Below, piece after piece: positions 39,001 through 50,140 of a DNA stretch of 64,000 nucleotides; position 1 is the first letter of the stretch; each line of letters begins with the position of its first letter. The translations under genes and the position numbers were made by a program. Source of the DNA: Lingula anatina (lineage: Eukaryota > Animalia > Brachiopoda); NCBI GenBank assembly GCA_051362555.1, contig CM120640.1, forward strand, positions 61,358,788 to 61,422,787, given 5' to 3'. Below the pieces are notes generated by a model, which had not been told where the DNA came from, searched no databases, and saw only the letters and a program-made list of their open reading frames with translations.

Positions 39001-40473
39001 ATTACAATCATTCTTGACAAGTTCACAAATTAATGTTAAATTCTCAGAGGAAATGGCACTTTTCCTTGTAATTACAATTCTAGCTAATTCACATATTTTC
39101 TTCTTTGATAAGAATCAAAGAAAACATTTCTAACCTAATACAACTCCACTGCATCTGAGTCGCCCAGGAACTGAAACGTCTCCATCACCCAGGACGAGAT
39201 CTTCAACTGGTGCAGCTACCACAGTTAGGTTTTCAGTATTCAGGACCTCCCTTCTCATATATTCTCTGTATAGTGTTCTATCTATCTGAGCTCTCGGGCC
39301 CTGTTTTATAATATATTATGTCATCCATATTATAAACTATTTTTAAACTGTTTGTTCTTTTTAATAATTGATAACAACAATTATTTTAACATTTTACAAA
39401 TATCTGTGTACTTAATGTGAGACAAATGTGATGATTATCAATCATTACAGCACAGTAACTTTCAAATATAAGATCATTAAGTAAAAGTTAACTGCATCCT
39501 GAATCTTTCCATTTCCATCAAGCACATTTAAAACACTAAAAGGGGCCTCACCCAAACAGCAGGACCCTTCCTTTTGTTCAGCACTGAATAATGAATTCCT
39601 GATATATCTGAATAAGAAAATAAAGTCATCATAGCGTCTTTGATTTTAATTTAGAGCATTGTATGGTCATACAGTAATAATATTCACATGGATATAGCCA
39701 TGTGTAATGGAGAAAAAAATGTTAACTTATGACACTTTAAGGCTTAATTTAATTTACTTTTTATATAAAAGAAATTCCTTTCAACCCTCTATAATTAAGC
39801 ACGATATGCATGTCATCACTTTCCCATTATGAAAGAATTGTCTTACTAACAGTATACTTACCACATATCCTACAACATACGCCATCCAAGGCATCTACCT
39901 CCCGCATCAAATGCCCCTTACCAATACCACCAAATGATGGATTACAAGACATCTCTCCTGTAAAATAATTACAATGACATCAACTTCATTTCTCAAATTC
40001 AGTAGTTAATTTATATGCTTAATCCATGCTTGACAAAAAGATACATTTAGGAAATGCAAACATTTCAGACACTAATACAGTAAGCAAACAAAACCATCCA
40101 CTGACAAAATACATGATATACATTCTACAGTCAATTGCTTTCAGTTATCAGAAATCCAGTCTCCAAGATTTATACATCTATACATCACCAATGCCTGGGT
40201 TATAGGGTAATGTAGTGACTTCAAAATTATCCTGCACAACCAACATGCTGAGCTATAACGTAAATGTCTTTTACCTATAGTTTCTATTTTGTGTGTAATG
40301 AGCAGAGTATTTGCCCCAATCCTAGCAGCTGCACATGCTGCTTCTGTTCCAGCATGACCTCCACCAACAACGATCACATCGTATGTCTGGCTGGCTGGAC
40401 TCACATATGATCTTAATTGTATTAACTGCCTTAGCTTTATTCTTCTGGTTTTTCGGAAACATCTCCTCAGCAT
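1647..40473 (-). CDS. MTO1: MTO1 mitochondrial tRNA modification enzyme (GidA/MnmG family), whole gene span, 16 coding exons, 1992 nt CDS = 663 aa
   Basis: Exons joined at GT-AG sites keep one frame from ATG 40473 to TGA 1649-1647. Family motifs seen: [73 protein letters not shown]. The Arg-rich, acid-free N-terminus resembles a mitochondrial presequence. Confidence 0.97.
2037..2091 (-). CDS. MTO1: MTO1 coding exon 15
   Basis: [18 protein letters not shown] (GidA C-terminal E..EKL...PQT pattern); TAG / GTAAGT, restores phase 0. Confidence 0.88.
3208..3304 (-). CDS. MTO1: MTO1 coding exon 14
   Basis: [31 protein letters not shown]; CAG / GTAAG. Confidence 0.9.
3354..3388. repeat. (AAT)n microsatellite
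   Basis: direct reading. Confidence 0.9.
3524..3642 (-). CDS. MTO1: MTO1 coding exon 13
   Basis: [39 protein letters not shown]; CAG / GTAAA. Confidence 0.88.
3710..4619. mobile_element. Non-autonomous DNA transposon (MITE), 910 bp, PIF/Harbinger- or Zator-type
   Basis: Perfect 31-bp TIRs GGCCACACTTTTTTATTTTTATGGATGACAT (3710-3740 / 4589-4619), TTA on both flanks, CpG-rich interior, no transposase ORF. Confidence 0.88.
4846..5008 (-). CDS. MTO1: MTO1 coding exon 12
   Basis: [15 protein letters not shown]...[19 protein letters not shown]; CAG / GTAAA, phase-compatible. Confidence 0.9.
5317..5521 (-). CDS. MTO1: MTO1 coding exon 11
   Basis: GIIAGINAA...[48 protein letters not shown]; TAG / GTAGG. 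Confidence 0.96.
5724..6200 (+). repeat. 159-bp tandem repeat x3 (family B, first array)
   Basis: TGTAAACAC recurs at 5724, 5883, 6042. Confidence 0.9.
6222..6558. mobile_element. 337-bp MITE with TTAA TSD (Kolobok-type AG...CT termini), nested in family B element
   Basis: TTAA at 6218-6221 and 6559-6562; TIR AGCAATAATAACTCTTCGT / ACGAAGAGTTATTATCACT; absent at the paralogous site near 7745. Confidence 0.88.
7265..7735 (+). repeat. 159-bp tandem repeat x3 (family B, second array)
   Basis: TGTAAACAC recurs at 7265, 7424, 7583. Confidence 0.9.
9230..9360 (-). CDS. MTO1: MTO1 coding exon 10
   Basis: [13 protein letters not shown]...[19 protein letters not shown]; CAG / GTATA. Confidence 0.96.
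9940..10056 (-). CDS. MTO1: MTO1 coding exon 9
   Basis: [40 protein letters not shown]; weak AAG acceptor, GTAGA donor. Confidence 0.9.
10383..10456 (-). CDS. MTO1: MTO1 coding exon 8 (follows the ~26 kb intron)
   Basis: Completes GPR|[25 protein letters not shown]; strong T-tract CAG acceptor, GTAAG donor. Confidence 0.95.
15039..15083. repeat. (CT)n(CA)n compound microsatellite
   Basis: direct reading. Confidence 0.9.
24698..24743. repeat. Perfect 23-bp tandem duplication CAATACAATATGATGAGCCCTTA x2
   Basis: direct reading. Confidence 0.9.
28193..29458 (+). CDS. Intronless class A (rhodopsin-like) orphan GPCR, 421 aa, nested antisense in MTO1 intron
   Basis: Seven hydrophobic segments; N1.50 (CFNLV), D2.50 (LLDL), TM3 Cys and ECL2 Cys (GNCIY), FIICWYP in TM6, N-terminal N-glycosylation sites NAS/NQT, CC after TM7; strong acceptor ending at 28008 opens the exon. 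Confidence 0.93.
   Translation: MAESEVTTFSTVDSGNASYAIAEPETIGNQTSIPTGTQVEAYYLFITAGVGLCFNLVLILSIFLSSKTRKMTSAFIIHGILLDLAKLYYCVPFALSLLQKQVPSHCNILGASFVTLISISAYNLVAMVAAEAYAFRDVFGDSEKGTFCCVLFGVLTVYIASVIIHLGPTVIGGNFRYNEEVGNCIYSKNELKSYVSYIMWVGINSLAVLLALYYAILLYRQILANKPHRINTLVRQAIALSKERMPKQNMIKKIVDESLSRVRVMLAVITCFIICWYPLFLLNISDPNFTQDKSIYKIFTIMGYSNGAITPILFIIFDKNLSMIRRLFCCTKCRGDDYGGGSSGGGGGGSGRAGMTPLMQTPGPSFQSQVQMYQRVGCRLCREGQSHPEELCNGGYRHQGRVTRDPSFCDYGELHEYTSVC
36448..36560 (-). CDS. MTO1: MTO1 coding exon 7 (precedes the ~26 kb intron)
   Basis: [38 protein letters not shown]; TAG / GTGAG, ends phase 2. Confidence 0.93.
37622..37775. mobile_element. Small MITE (~154 bp) with ~27-bp imperfect TIRs
   Basis: GGCCCCATTCAGAATAGGGGACTAAC ... 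GTTAGTCTCCTATTCTGAATATGGCC, ATT on both sides. Confidence 0.7.
38003..38115 (-). CDS. MTO1: MTO1 coding exon 6
   Basis: [15 protein letters not shown]...[14 protein letters not shown]; CAG / GTAAA. Confidence 0.95.
38441..38603. mobile_element. Degenerate relative of the 37622 MITE, opposite orientation
   Basis: 38525-38544 is the reverse complement (19/20) of 37659-37678; degenerate TIRs containing ACTAATTAGTC / GACTAATTAGT. Confidence 0.55.
38766..38942 (-). CDS. MTO1: MTO1 coding exon 5
   Basis: [26 protein letters not shown]...GRLKTG; CAG / GTGAT. Confidence 0.95.
39135..39300 (-). CDS. MTO1: MTO1 coding exon 4
   Basis: [37 protein letters not shown]...GVVL; CAG / GTTAG. Confidence 0.93.
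39552..39607 (-). CDS. MTO1: MTO1 coding exon 3
   Basis: [19 protein letters not shown]; CAG / GTGAG. Confidence 0.95.
39862..39957 (-). CDS. MTO1: MTO1 coding exon 2
   Basis: [31 protein letters not shown]; CAG acceptor, GTAAG donor, phase 1/1. Confidence 0.95.
40275..40473 (-). CDS. MTO1: MTO1 coding exon 1 (presequence + FAD-binding GGGHAG)
   Basis: MLRRCFRK...[37 protein letters not shown]; donor GTAAAA at 40274; upstream acceptor TTTTTTTGCAG ending at 40500 implies a non-coding first exon. Confidence 0.95.
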
Positions 40474-40589
40474 TCTGACAGAAAATTAAATCAACTGCTC
40501 TGCAAAAAAAGAATAAAATTGACTGAATTGTTTGTGAATGACATATTATAGCCAAAATATTTATTTAAAAATCAATTTCAATTAATCTG

Positions 40590-41330
40590 TTTCGTTATTC
40601 AATATTTACTGTACTGTACTATTTATCCAAGACTTTTTAAGCATACTATACGCATTTGCGAACTTTTAATAATCTTTTTATTCTAGCACATGGTCATCAC
40701 GTTCGGAGAATGAAGAGATGTTAGGGACCATGAAATGTGTGGGAAATCAAACTAGTGGCGTTATCCAGATGAATTTGTAGACGTTGTCTCAGTAAGAGAT
40801 GGTAACTTACACTTGATACAGCAACAGAAATCTTTTCTTCTGATATTTGGCAATGATTGTATTCTAGATAAAAATAACAGCGCGACAATCAAAAATAAAC
40901 AAAAACAGAGCTGTGCGGAGTTTACACATGTGCAACCGTAATCTCCATTCAACCTCCCAGAGTAAAGAGCAAGATAATCCAAGGCATGAATGTGGTGTTT
41001 GTGCCCTTAATTAAACAAAATATCTATTATTATTGATATTCTTGATAGTCATTGTCTCAAATGGAAATGATGGGCACGTATTGATAGTATAACCAGTCAT
41101 TTGCTCAAAAGTCTAGCATTTCTTGTGAAAGTTGACCCAGGTCAAGGTCACATGTAAATTTCAGCTGAAACAACAAGCGGTATCAAATGTTGACTAGTGA
41201 AGTTCTGGAGAGTGAATTGCGGTAGCAATTCAACGGCTGATTACAGGTGGGTTTAAAAGTATATTAAGAAAGGATTTACTTGATCGATCAATTCTTGAAA
41301 CGACTTTACTTTAGAGCCGATTCAAAATTA
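40590..41330. promoter_or_regulatory. Putative bidirectional promoter region MTO1 / TPST
   Basis: Local return of CpG dinucleotides between two divergent genes; candidate minus-strand donor GTAAG at 40810 and plus-strand donor CAG|GTGGG near 41247. Confidence 0.45.
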
Positions 41331-44300
41331 TCTTTAATTTAAGTGCTTTCTGTTTTCAAAGTTCATTTTCAAACTTTTACTCTAGCTTTAACTATTTGAG
41401 CAACATTGATGTATATAGATAATAAAAACTTACTAATTTGTGGATACCTTTGGAGTTTGGTTTTGAAATGTGTTATCAGAGTATGTAATCACGCACATAG
41501 CTGGTCGTTTAGTATACAGGTCAATTATCTACTAGTTAATCTGGATTGATTTATTAATTTTAAAAAAATGCCACAGTTACTTGGTGACAGCAGTGCTTAT
41601 ACAGATGATAACAGTTCCTAGCTTACCAAGTCTACAGTCATAAAATATAAGTTGTAACTAGTGGTGTGAAAAGAGGCCATTTTTTAAAGCTGAGAACTAC
41701 AGTATGAATAATACGGCTATTTTATTTCGAAGTCAGAGGTTGAGGGATGAAATAATGTGAAACATTTCAACACTATCCACTAATTATTGTCTGATATACA
41801 GTCAGTCAGTGTGCATGCTGGTGCTGAAGGAACAGTGGCTTGCATGTACTGGAGTATGTATAGTACCAGCACATTGTACCATCAGTCCTGTCTAAATATC
41901 AACCAAATAGACTTGGTCCTTTAATTTACAAAGGGAGATGGATCAATGATTTATCAGGTCTACAGGTACCGGTAGGACCAAATGTCTGTATATTGAGTGC
42001 TAAATCAGGTTAGTATAACCATGGAGTTATAACAGATATACAGTTATAACTCCTTGGTATAACAAAAATGAATGAGAGGAATATCTATTTTTAATCTTTT
42101 GGATATCAGATTGCCAGCTAAGAACGATCATTTATCTGCTCTTTAATTCAATAATCTTCATCCTGTACATTTTTGATCCTTGAGAGATATTTGGACATAT
42201 TTACTGGAAGAGAATGTACATAGTGAACAGTGTCACTCCTGTTACAATTCACCAGAAGATCCGCTGTAACCCATAGGATCTTAGGCTTTGTTTGCATTAT
42301 TTATTTAAATGTAGACTAGAAGGTACAGTGGGTGTCTTTGGATTAAATCTGATTGTCTGATTAAAGACCATTGTACCATACTTTTATCTTCTCAAACATT
42401 TAACTTTGTATCAGTAAAATATTGTATAAAATTTATGTTGCATTAATGTTAGTTTTTCCAATTTTATTTTTAAAGACACTTTTGGGGAATTTATTTTTTC
42501 TGCCATGGTACATTAAGTGTTACAAACAGAAAATATAATATATTAGAGAATATTTCACTGGAAAGGTATTTAGAATATTTCCAGTTTAACTAAGTAATTT
42601 TCCGGTTGTGAGCATGCCCCAACTCTCATCCAGTGGGTTTTGACATATAGCACAAAATGAAAAGTACCCTCTTAGAAAGAGCTCAGAACATTCTGCCAAT
42701 CAGTAGCCAACAGTGTTTCAGGGTAAATTTCACTGATTTCTGTATATAGAAGACAACAACTAGAATCCTACTTTATTAAATTGGACCAGCTTATCCCAAA
42801 AACTTTTTTTTAAGTTTGTCAAATGAAAACAACAGTGTTTATGCTCTGATATCCCTCAGGTCACCATCATACACGACCAGTACTGCAACTCAGGTCTTCA
42901 TCATGTGTGCACCTTTGGATTTAAAAGCATCTCGAGTACATATATGATGTGCAGTCTACATTGATATTATTTTGTAGTTGTGTTGTGTTGTCTGTTTGAC
43001 AATCTTTTGCCAGAGAGTCATCCTGCTGTCATTTGGACATCCAGTTTCATAAGAAGACAATGAACATTCTCAGTGACAGCCAGGTGTCTTACAAAATTGA
43101 GAGAGCTTAATTTGTTAGGACTGGTGGTAGCTATGAGATATTAATGATTCAGCTATGTTATCAAGACCCTTTGATGAAAGATTGAAACATCATGTCTCAT
43201 AGGTAAAAAAAAATTGGCCTCTTCAGAAACAGTTTACAGTAATTTCTCAGTTTTTTCAATTGGGAAAACAATCTTTCAAATACATATTTTTGGAGTTGTT
43301 AAAAATATATATCTGTATAGCATTTGAGGTGCTTTAACTGTATAAAATAGAACTATGAAGTCACCTGTTATTCAGTTTTGTTGCTTCCACTCGATAGGGA
43401 TGTTTTCATTTTAAGAAGTTATGACTTTAGAAAATATAGTATCTGTAAAATTAATATTATTCTCCTTTCAAAGGTTTTTATCATTACCATACTTTTTTAT
43501 CTCCATTGCACAAGAGACACTGATTTATATAAACAATTCTTCCCTCAGCTTGCTCTATCAAGAGAACGCTGTTTGTCTTTACACTTCTTAAACATGTGAA
43601 GCAGACAATTTCCAAATAGCACTGCCTGTTCTTCATTGGTCTTATTAGTGGTAGTAATTGATATGTCAAGTAATAACAAGTAGGTATGAAAACAAATGTG
43701 AAAATAGTCTGGAAAACAAATAGGCTGTAACCCGTAGGTCAAATTTACTGTCATGCAATACAGAAACATGCTAAGGTTACTTTAAAAAGATTGGTTTCTT
43801 TCTTAGAATTTTTTTCAAATTATCTGTTGTTTGTTGCTCACGCATTGCAGAGAAACATAATATACAGACTATTCAAGGAGTTAAATGATACATGCCTGAC
43901 ATTTGCAGTACATACAGAAGTGTATGCAACACTGCAAAATGAAAAAAAAGGTTTTTAGCATCACAATTTTAATGTTTTCTGAAGACATATTATTAGTAAA
44001 TGAGTGAGTACTTCTCCATCAGGATCAGTTATGAACAAGTCTCAGTGAGATTTAAAGAAAACCACAAACAAGTATGGATATAATTTTCATGAATATTTTA
44101 ATATATATGATTGTTTACAGATCTAATGAAATTATTTCCCCAATATTTGGATACCTTTAGTAGATATTGAGTAGTACCTGGAATTTTCCAAAGTATTGAG
44201 ATATATGCAATTGAGGGCCTCCTTTTTGTTTTTTAGCTGCATCCAGTATCCTTTGGCCCAGAAAAAACATGCCAGCTTTTCAGATCAGTAGACCAACAAA

Positions 44301-45639
44301 TCTTTTTTAAACTCAGAATAAAAACAAAAAAAGATTGCTTTGTTTCTTTAAAGTAATGAGAAACGCTGGGAAAACATGTCAGTCTGTCACTTGTACAATT
44401 GATACAACAGATCTAGAAGCTGAAACAGCAACATTTACATCTACTAACTATAGTACAACAAAACAGTTCTTAAGTCAATTTTTAAGTTAGTCTCAGCATT
44501 GGTAAATTCTTTCCATGTTACTACTTATCAAACTAAACAGTTTGACATGTTCCCGCCGTAAGATATTTATCAGTAGCATGCTATTTCTTTTATTAAGTTC
44601 CCTAGTGGTTGATTTGATTTCAAGACTTTTCTTTTCAACCAGATATTTCTTTTTTTCCCAATAGTGACCTGATTTATCATAAATTTTTACTGCTAACATC
44701 ATAAAATGCAGTAGCTGATAGTTCTTAGTCTTGAGCTTCCTGGCTGTTATAGACCTTAAAGATGACAATATATGTGACATTGGGACTTCACAACAGGTTT
44801 ACAAGCTAGGATAAGAACAGTGGGTAAGTGTAAGGTTTTTGGGGGCAGTCCATGTAAACTTTGTTTAAAATTCAAGTTACACAGTTGAGGATCATCTTTA
44901 AACTATTGTTTATAATCCAAGACAAATTGTTGGGGGTTATCCCTGTACGCCTGTTACTCTCCCGCATGCATCTGCACATGTGCTTCCCCTCATCATCAAA
45001 CTCCCCCTAGCAAAATTAGGATACTATCTGTATTGATACACCCTACATGGTACTTTTGATTGAAAATTGTTGTATTTAAAAATTGAGGTTAATGTTTTAT
45101 ATGTGGCATTTGCACCAGAGATAATCTAAACTGTGGGGGAATAACAAGGTAGAAACGATGAAAGGAATTAAAGTAATATAGAGGGGATGTAAAGGGATGT
45201 AGAAAATAGTTACATTTTAAAGAATGTGCTACCTAATATGTTAGAACGCCCTTTGAGATGTTGTAGTTTGCTTTTTTTGTATTCAACCAAATAGAATCCA
45301 TGTGGAACTTACTTGAAGACTTACTAGAAGATTGCAGAAATTAAGTGCCTTAAAAGAATTCCCTCGAAGTTACCTGATCCAAAGTTCAAATCAGGATCAA
45401 GGGCACTGACCTGTATACTCCATAATGTGCAAGTGAATTGAGCTCACTGGACTCTTCTGTACAGTCATTGGAGCATAATCCTGGAAAGGAAGTTGATTTC
45501 ATTCAATTTTTCAGCAAATTCTCATCAACAAGGATTTATTGATTGTATTATATTATTTTTGCAATTTTTTATCCATTGAAACTCATTCTCAACATTAAGT
45601 AGCCCAAGATCACTCCTTTTCTCATTGTCATTCCCTTTT

Positions 45640-45644
<5 letters not shown>

Positions 45645-45682
<38 letters not shown>
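45645..45682. repeat. (GT)n(GC)n microsatellite
   Basis: direct reading. Confidence 0.9.
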
Positions 45683-45683
<1 letters not shown>

Positions 45684-46752
45684 GTGAGTGAAAAAATTAT
45701 CTTCGATCAGGCACTCAATATTGTGAGTTAAAAGGTATAGATCTAAGTTGTGTTCTTAAAAGATGGGGTGTGATTTTTGTGGTTGACTAAGCTGGATTTT
45801 CTAGAAAGGAAGCAATATATCAGCCCCATGGTATTTGAGACTATGATAAAGCAATTTTTCACATTCTTTACATTGCTAGGCAGCTATTAGATATATCTAC
45901 ATATAATTTAAATTTGAGAACTATACAGATGAGAAAAACAAAATTCAGTGGATGCTATTTTTTTATTTCAGAAAATAGAATGAATAAATATACAATTGTA
46001 AATCAACTAATAAGATAATTAAAAAAACTAATAAACTGATTACAAAAATAATGATAATGGATGCGCTGAGGATGAATACGCATAATTCCTTTATAGTAAC
46101 CTAAGACTACCTGATAATGATAATAATAATAATAATATCAATAATAATAGTAATAACTTGTACCTCAATAATAATAAGTTATACATCAACCGAAAATATA
46201 CGCTTTACCTATTTCTACTCTTTCATTTATATACCTCGCTTCAACGTATAAGTACATGTACATATATACCCACATATAATGTAGACACTAACCCCTTAAA
46301 ATTACACAAATAAATTTAGAAACATGTTCCATATTGTTTCAAATTTATCCCTCTTCCCTTCTTTATAGTACATGTATTTTTCTATTTCAAAATATTTTTT
46401 GATACTAGCCTGAACTTCTATAACGTTTAAATGTCTTGTATTCAGTTTGTTCTTGTAAATATTGCTTTTTGTCCATAGTATCAGTAGATTGAAAGCCTGA
46501 TATTTTCGTCCATTTTTTAAAAAATAAAACATACATATACGAAAAATCAATTTCCAATGAGGACTTTTCTTTTATCCGATTTTGCATTTTTTGCCATATT
46601 GGCCGAACCTCCTTACATTAAAAAAATAGATTATTTAATGTTTCCTCTCCCTCTTCACAAAATGTGCATCGTGAGTCATTTTTTTATCTTGTTTGAACAG
46701 GAAAAATGGACAAGGCTTCAAACAAAAATAAATTTTTTTTGTGTTGGGTCAG

Positions 46753-46852
<100 letters not shown>

Positions 46853-49800
46853 TTATTCAATATTGTACAATTTAAGAAAAGAACCCAAAGATGGTGGCAT
46901 TACAGATATGGAGGGGACATAACCATCAAATGAACAAAACAATGAATGTTTTGATTCATCGGGAAGTGTAATAACACATAAGGGGACTGGACTTTGTTTG
47001 TTGCGCATTCAGTTTTTTATTTCCTCTAATAATGAACACTTTTGATCTTCACCAGCACACAAATATGGTCTTTTGGTTCTTCAAGAAAACAATCCTATAT
47101 AATTGCTTACATAATGTAAAATGGATGATTCAATCTCAGAATTGATTTTGGAAGCCTGTCAGTTTGAATAAAAGATGCCAACCCTTTTCAAGAAATAATT
47201 GCTAAACTTATAAAAAATCATCAAGTGTTTCCTCAAGAAAATTTTCTTTAGCTAAGAAAGTGTGTGTTTAATATTTCTTCACTAAGAGAAGGAGCTACAT
47301 AATTTGAACAATGAATGCATGCTTAAGTAAATGCCATTAGAGATAAATTATTTCACATGTTTTGACGAGGCAGGTACAATGATCCATCATGGTACTGGGA
47401 ATCATTGAAATAACCCCAAGTTTCACAGCATAATGTATATAATCAAGCAAGATTTTTAATGTGATGTGGTGGAAAGTGGGGTGAAAAATAATTAAATATG
47501 GCAGACTAATGAGTAGTGCAGCAAAAAATAAATATTTATCAGTGGGTATTTTTCTGGGTTGTTCTCTCTTTTGTGTTACAGTCTATTGCACAACAAGACA
47601 AGACATCATGTTTTGTGTTTCTTTTTTAAATTGCTTTCTAAGATGACATGCTCAGTGCATAGTTTCACCCTATGGCTGAAAAGTTACCACTACTTCATAC
47701 AGATTCTTGCACTTTTTAGTCTTGTATGACATCATTCAATGTTGACAGCCTTATTTCAGGCTATCTCAGGTCATTTACATTACGTTTTGTTTTGATTGCA
47801 AGTCTTGAAAAAGTAAGCCACTAATATGATAATTTTAAATTTTTAAACATTTTTGTCAAGGATATTGTGATTTTGTGAAATGTGCCATGTGATGCCATGT
47901 TGTTGCTGTCAATTTGTTGTTAATTACCCTGTCTAATAATCAGTTGAATAGACTTTTCATGTACCTAGCTAGTAAATTTTCTTTTCATACACTGAATAAG
48001 CTAGTGACAGGACTTATAATTCAAGCAAACACTTTTCATTTCCTTGGGGTCCTAGGATTAATATTTGACAGATTGATGTATTGATGCTATCCAACAATTT
48101 AGTGATGGTTAAGAAATTTATTGGAAAGAATATACACAGAACTTGAGGCTTGGAGCTAAAGGAATATTTAGTACTGCGATGTACATACAGTAATACTCAA
48201 TCTTTTCAATTGGGGGGGAAAATAATAAGTGAATTTTACAGAGCAGGGTATTTCTTAGTTCTGTGCTATGGAAAAAAAGCACCACAAGTGCTATATATAG
48301 AAATGTATAATTTTGTGATTAGAAAATTGTGTATCTGAAAGTCTGATGTTTTTTGCCCATTAAGAAGATCGAGTTATTACCGTAAATCAGATTTCTTGGA
48401 AATGTTACCCCTTACCAAACTAATTATTTATCTACATACCTACTGGGACAATAATTTTTTGTTTATGTATGATATTGGCATTTTGGTGAATATTCAGGTT
48501 TGTACTGTGGTATCTGTAATTTTTATTATTTATTTTTTTTTACAGAATTCTTGAAATACAAAAGTAGAGGCATTATTGTTGATATCACTGATTGCAACAA
48601 AGCATTTATTATGAAAGAAGAAGTGGAAATTAGTGAGCAGTAAAATGAAGCAGAATGGTATTATGTAGTGATAAGAAAGAGAGTAGTAACAGTTGGATAG
48701 GAAACAGCCAAGAAATAATTTGAAAGGAAAGGCCTTTGTTCTGCAAATCAGTACTGAACTTCCAGTGATAGAAGTTTGCTTCAGAAATGATGATGGTACT
48801 TTGTCAGCCTCTCTGAGAACACTAATAAAAACTGATTCCTTCCTTTAAGTAGAACCACTGAACTCCACCAGACACTCCAACATAGTTGTCATTTAGCAAC
48901 TGGTTTTCCACATTTGGACAAAAATGGCAAAAGAAAAAAAGGTGTGAACTTCATCCATTATATAACACAGCTTCCCATCTTATGCCCTTTTTTAAGAGGT
49001 TTGGCACATTGGGCAAGCCAGACAGAGATCCATGCTTTTATTGATTCTGATTATGCTTTGTAACATCAGAAACATAACTGCATCATGCTCAGTGAGTGAT
49101 TTTATCTCATTTATCTCTTTTATAATAATGTCATCTAAACCATTTGGAGATTTGCCTAATTAGTTCAGTTTGATCAATTTTGCAGTTACTTCTAAGTGGC
49201 TTCTGGGACGTAAGTAATTTTGCTTGGTACTTCAAACATCTTATTTTTGTAACCTTTTTTCATAAAGATTTTGTTATGAATTTTTAGGGATCCAGAGCTT
49301 AAATTTACCACTTTCTTTTATTCTTTTTCATCAAATAAAGAGGTGAAAAATATGCAAGGGAAAGGGTGTAAAATAAGGAAAAGAAATTGTGAAGGGAATG
49401 AAGAAAACTCAGGTCGAACTAAATAGTGGTTCAAACTTTTTTTCCAAAAATGAATTCCACATTGCTAGTTTGTAATTTGAGTTGCAAAGATATTAAAGCA
49501 GATTAAGAATCTAGGCAAAATTAGCCACCAGAACAGTATGTTTATCAGTTTAATTATCTAGAAAGGTTAAATGGGTTATCTTAGTTCTTGGCCAAGCCAT
49601 TGAAAAGTGATCAGTATCAGTGACGGAAGACCTTTCTAAGGTTTTAAAATTGACATTTATCTCAATATATGTGCTGCCATTTATCTCAATATGTGTGCTC
49701 TGGAAGCTGCAAAATGATCTCAAACTCTCAATTTTGTTTTATAAATACCTCATTCAGCTGGATGCTGCTATTGGGGGTACCCTGGAATTTGTAGATATAA

Positions 49801-50140
49801 ATATTTTTAGTAAGTGCCTGAATGTCTCAGTTGTAACAGCAGCTAATGCAGTTTGTGACATTTATGTTATTTGTATTCTGAAGAGAGAACAGGGTTTTTC
49901 ATACTATCAATCAATAGAGAAGTTGCCTCGTCTTTCGCTATAATTGTTCCTTCTTCACAAAAGAAAGACCTGTGTTGTCAAGGTAATTTCTTTGAAAATC
50001 TTAGCATATGTGAAGGTCTTAACATGGTGTTATTAAATCCAGCCAGCAGGGGATTTCTTTTCTCATTTTAGCATTTTACTTGAAGTACTTTTTGTGTCAG
50101 TTGAGCTGTCTCTGCTGTAACATGGTATTTATGAGCTAAG

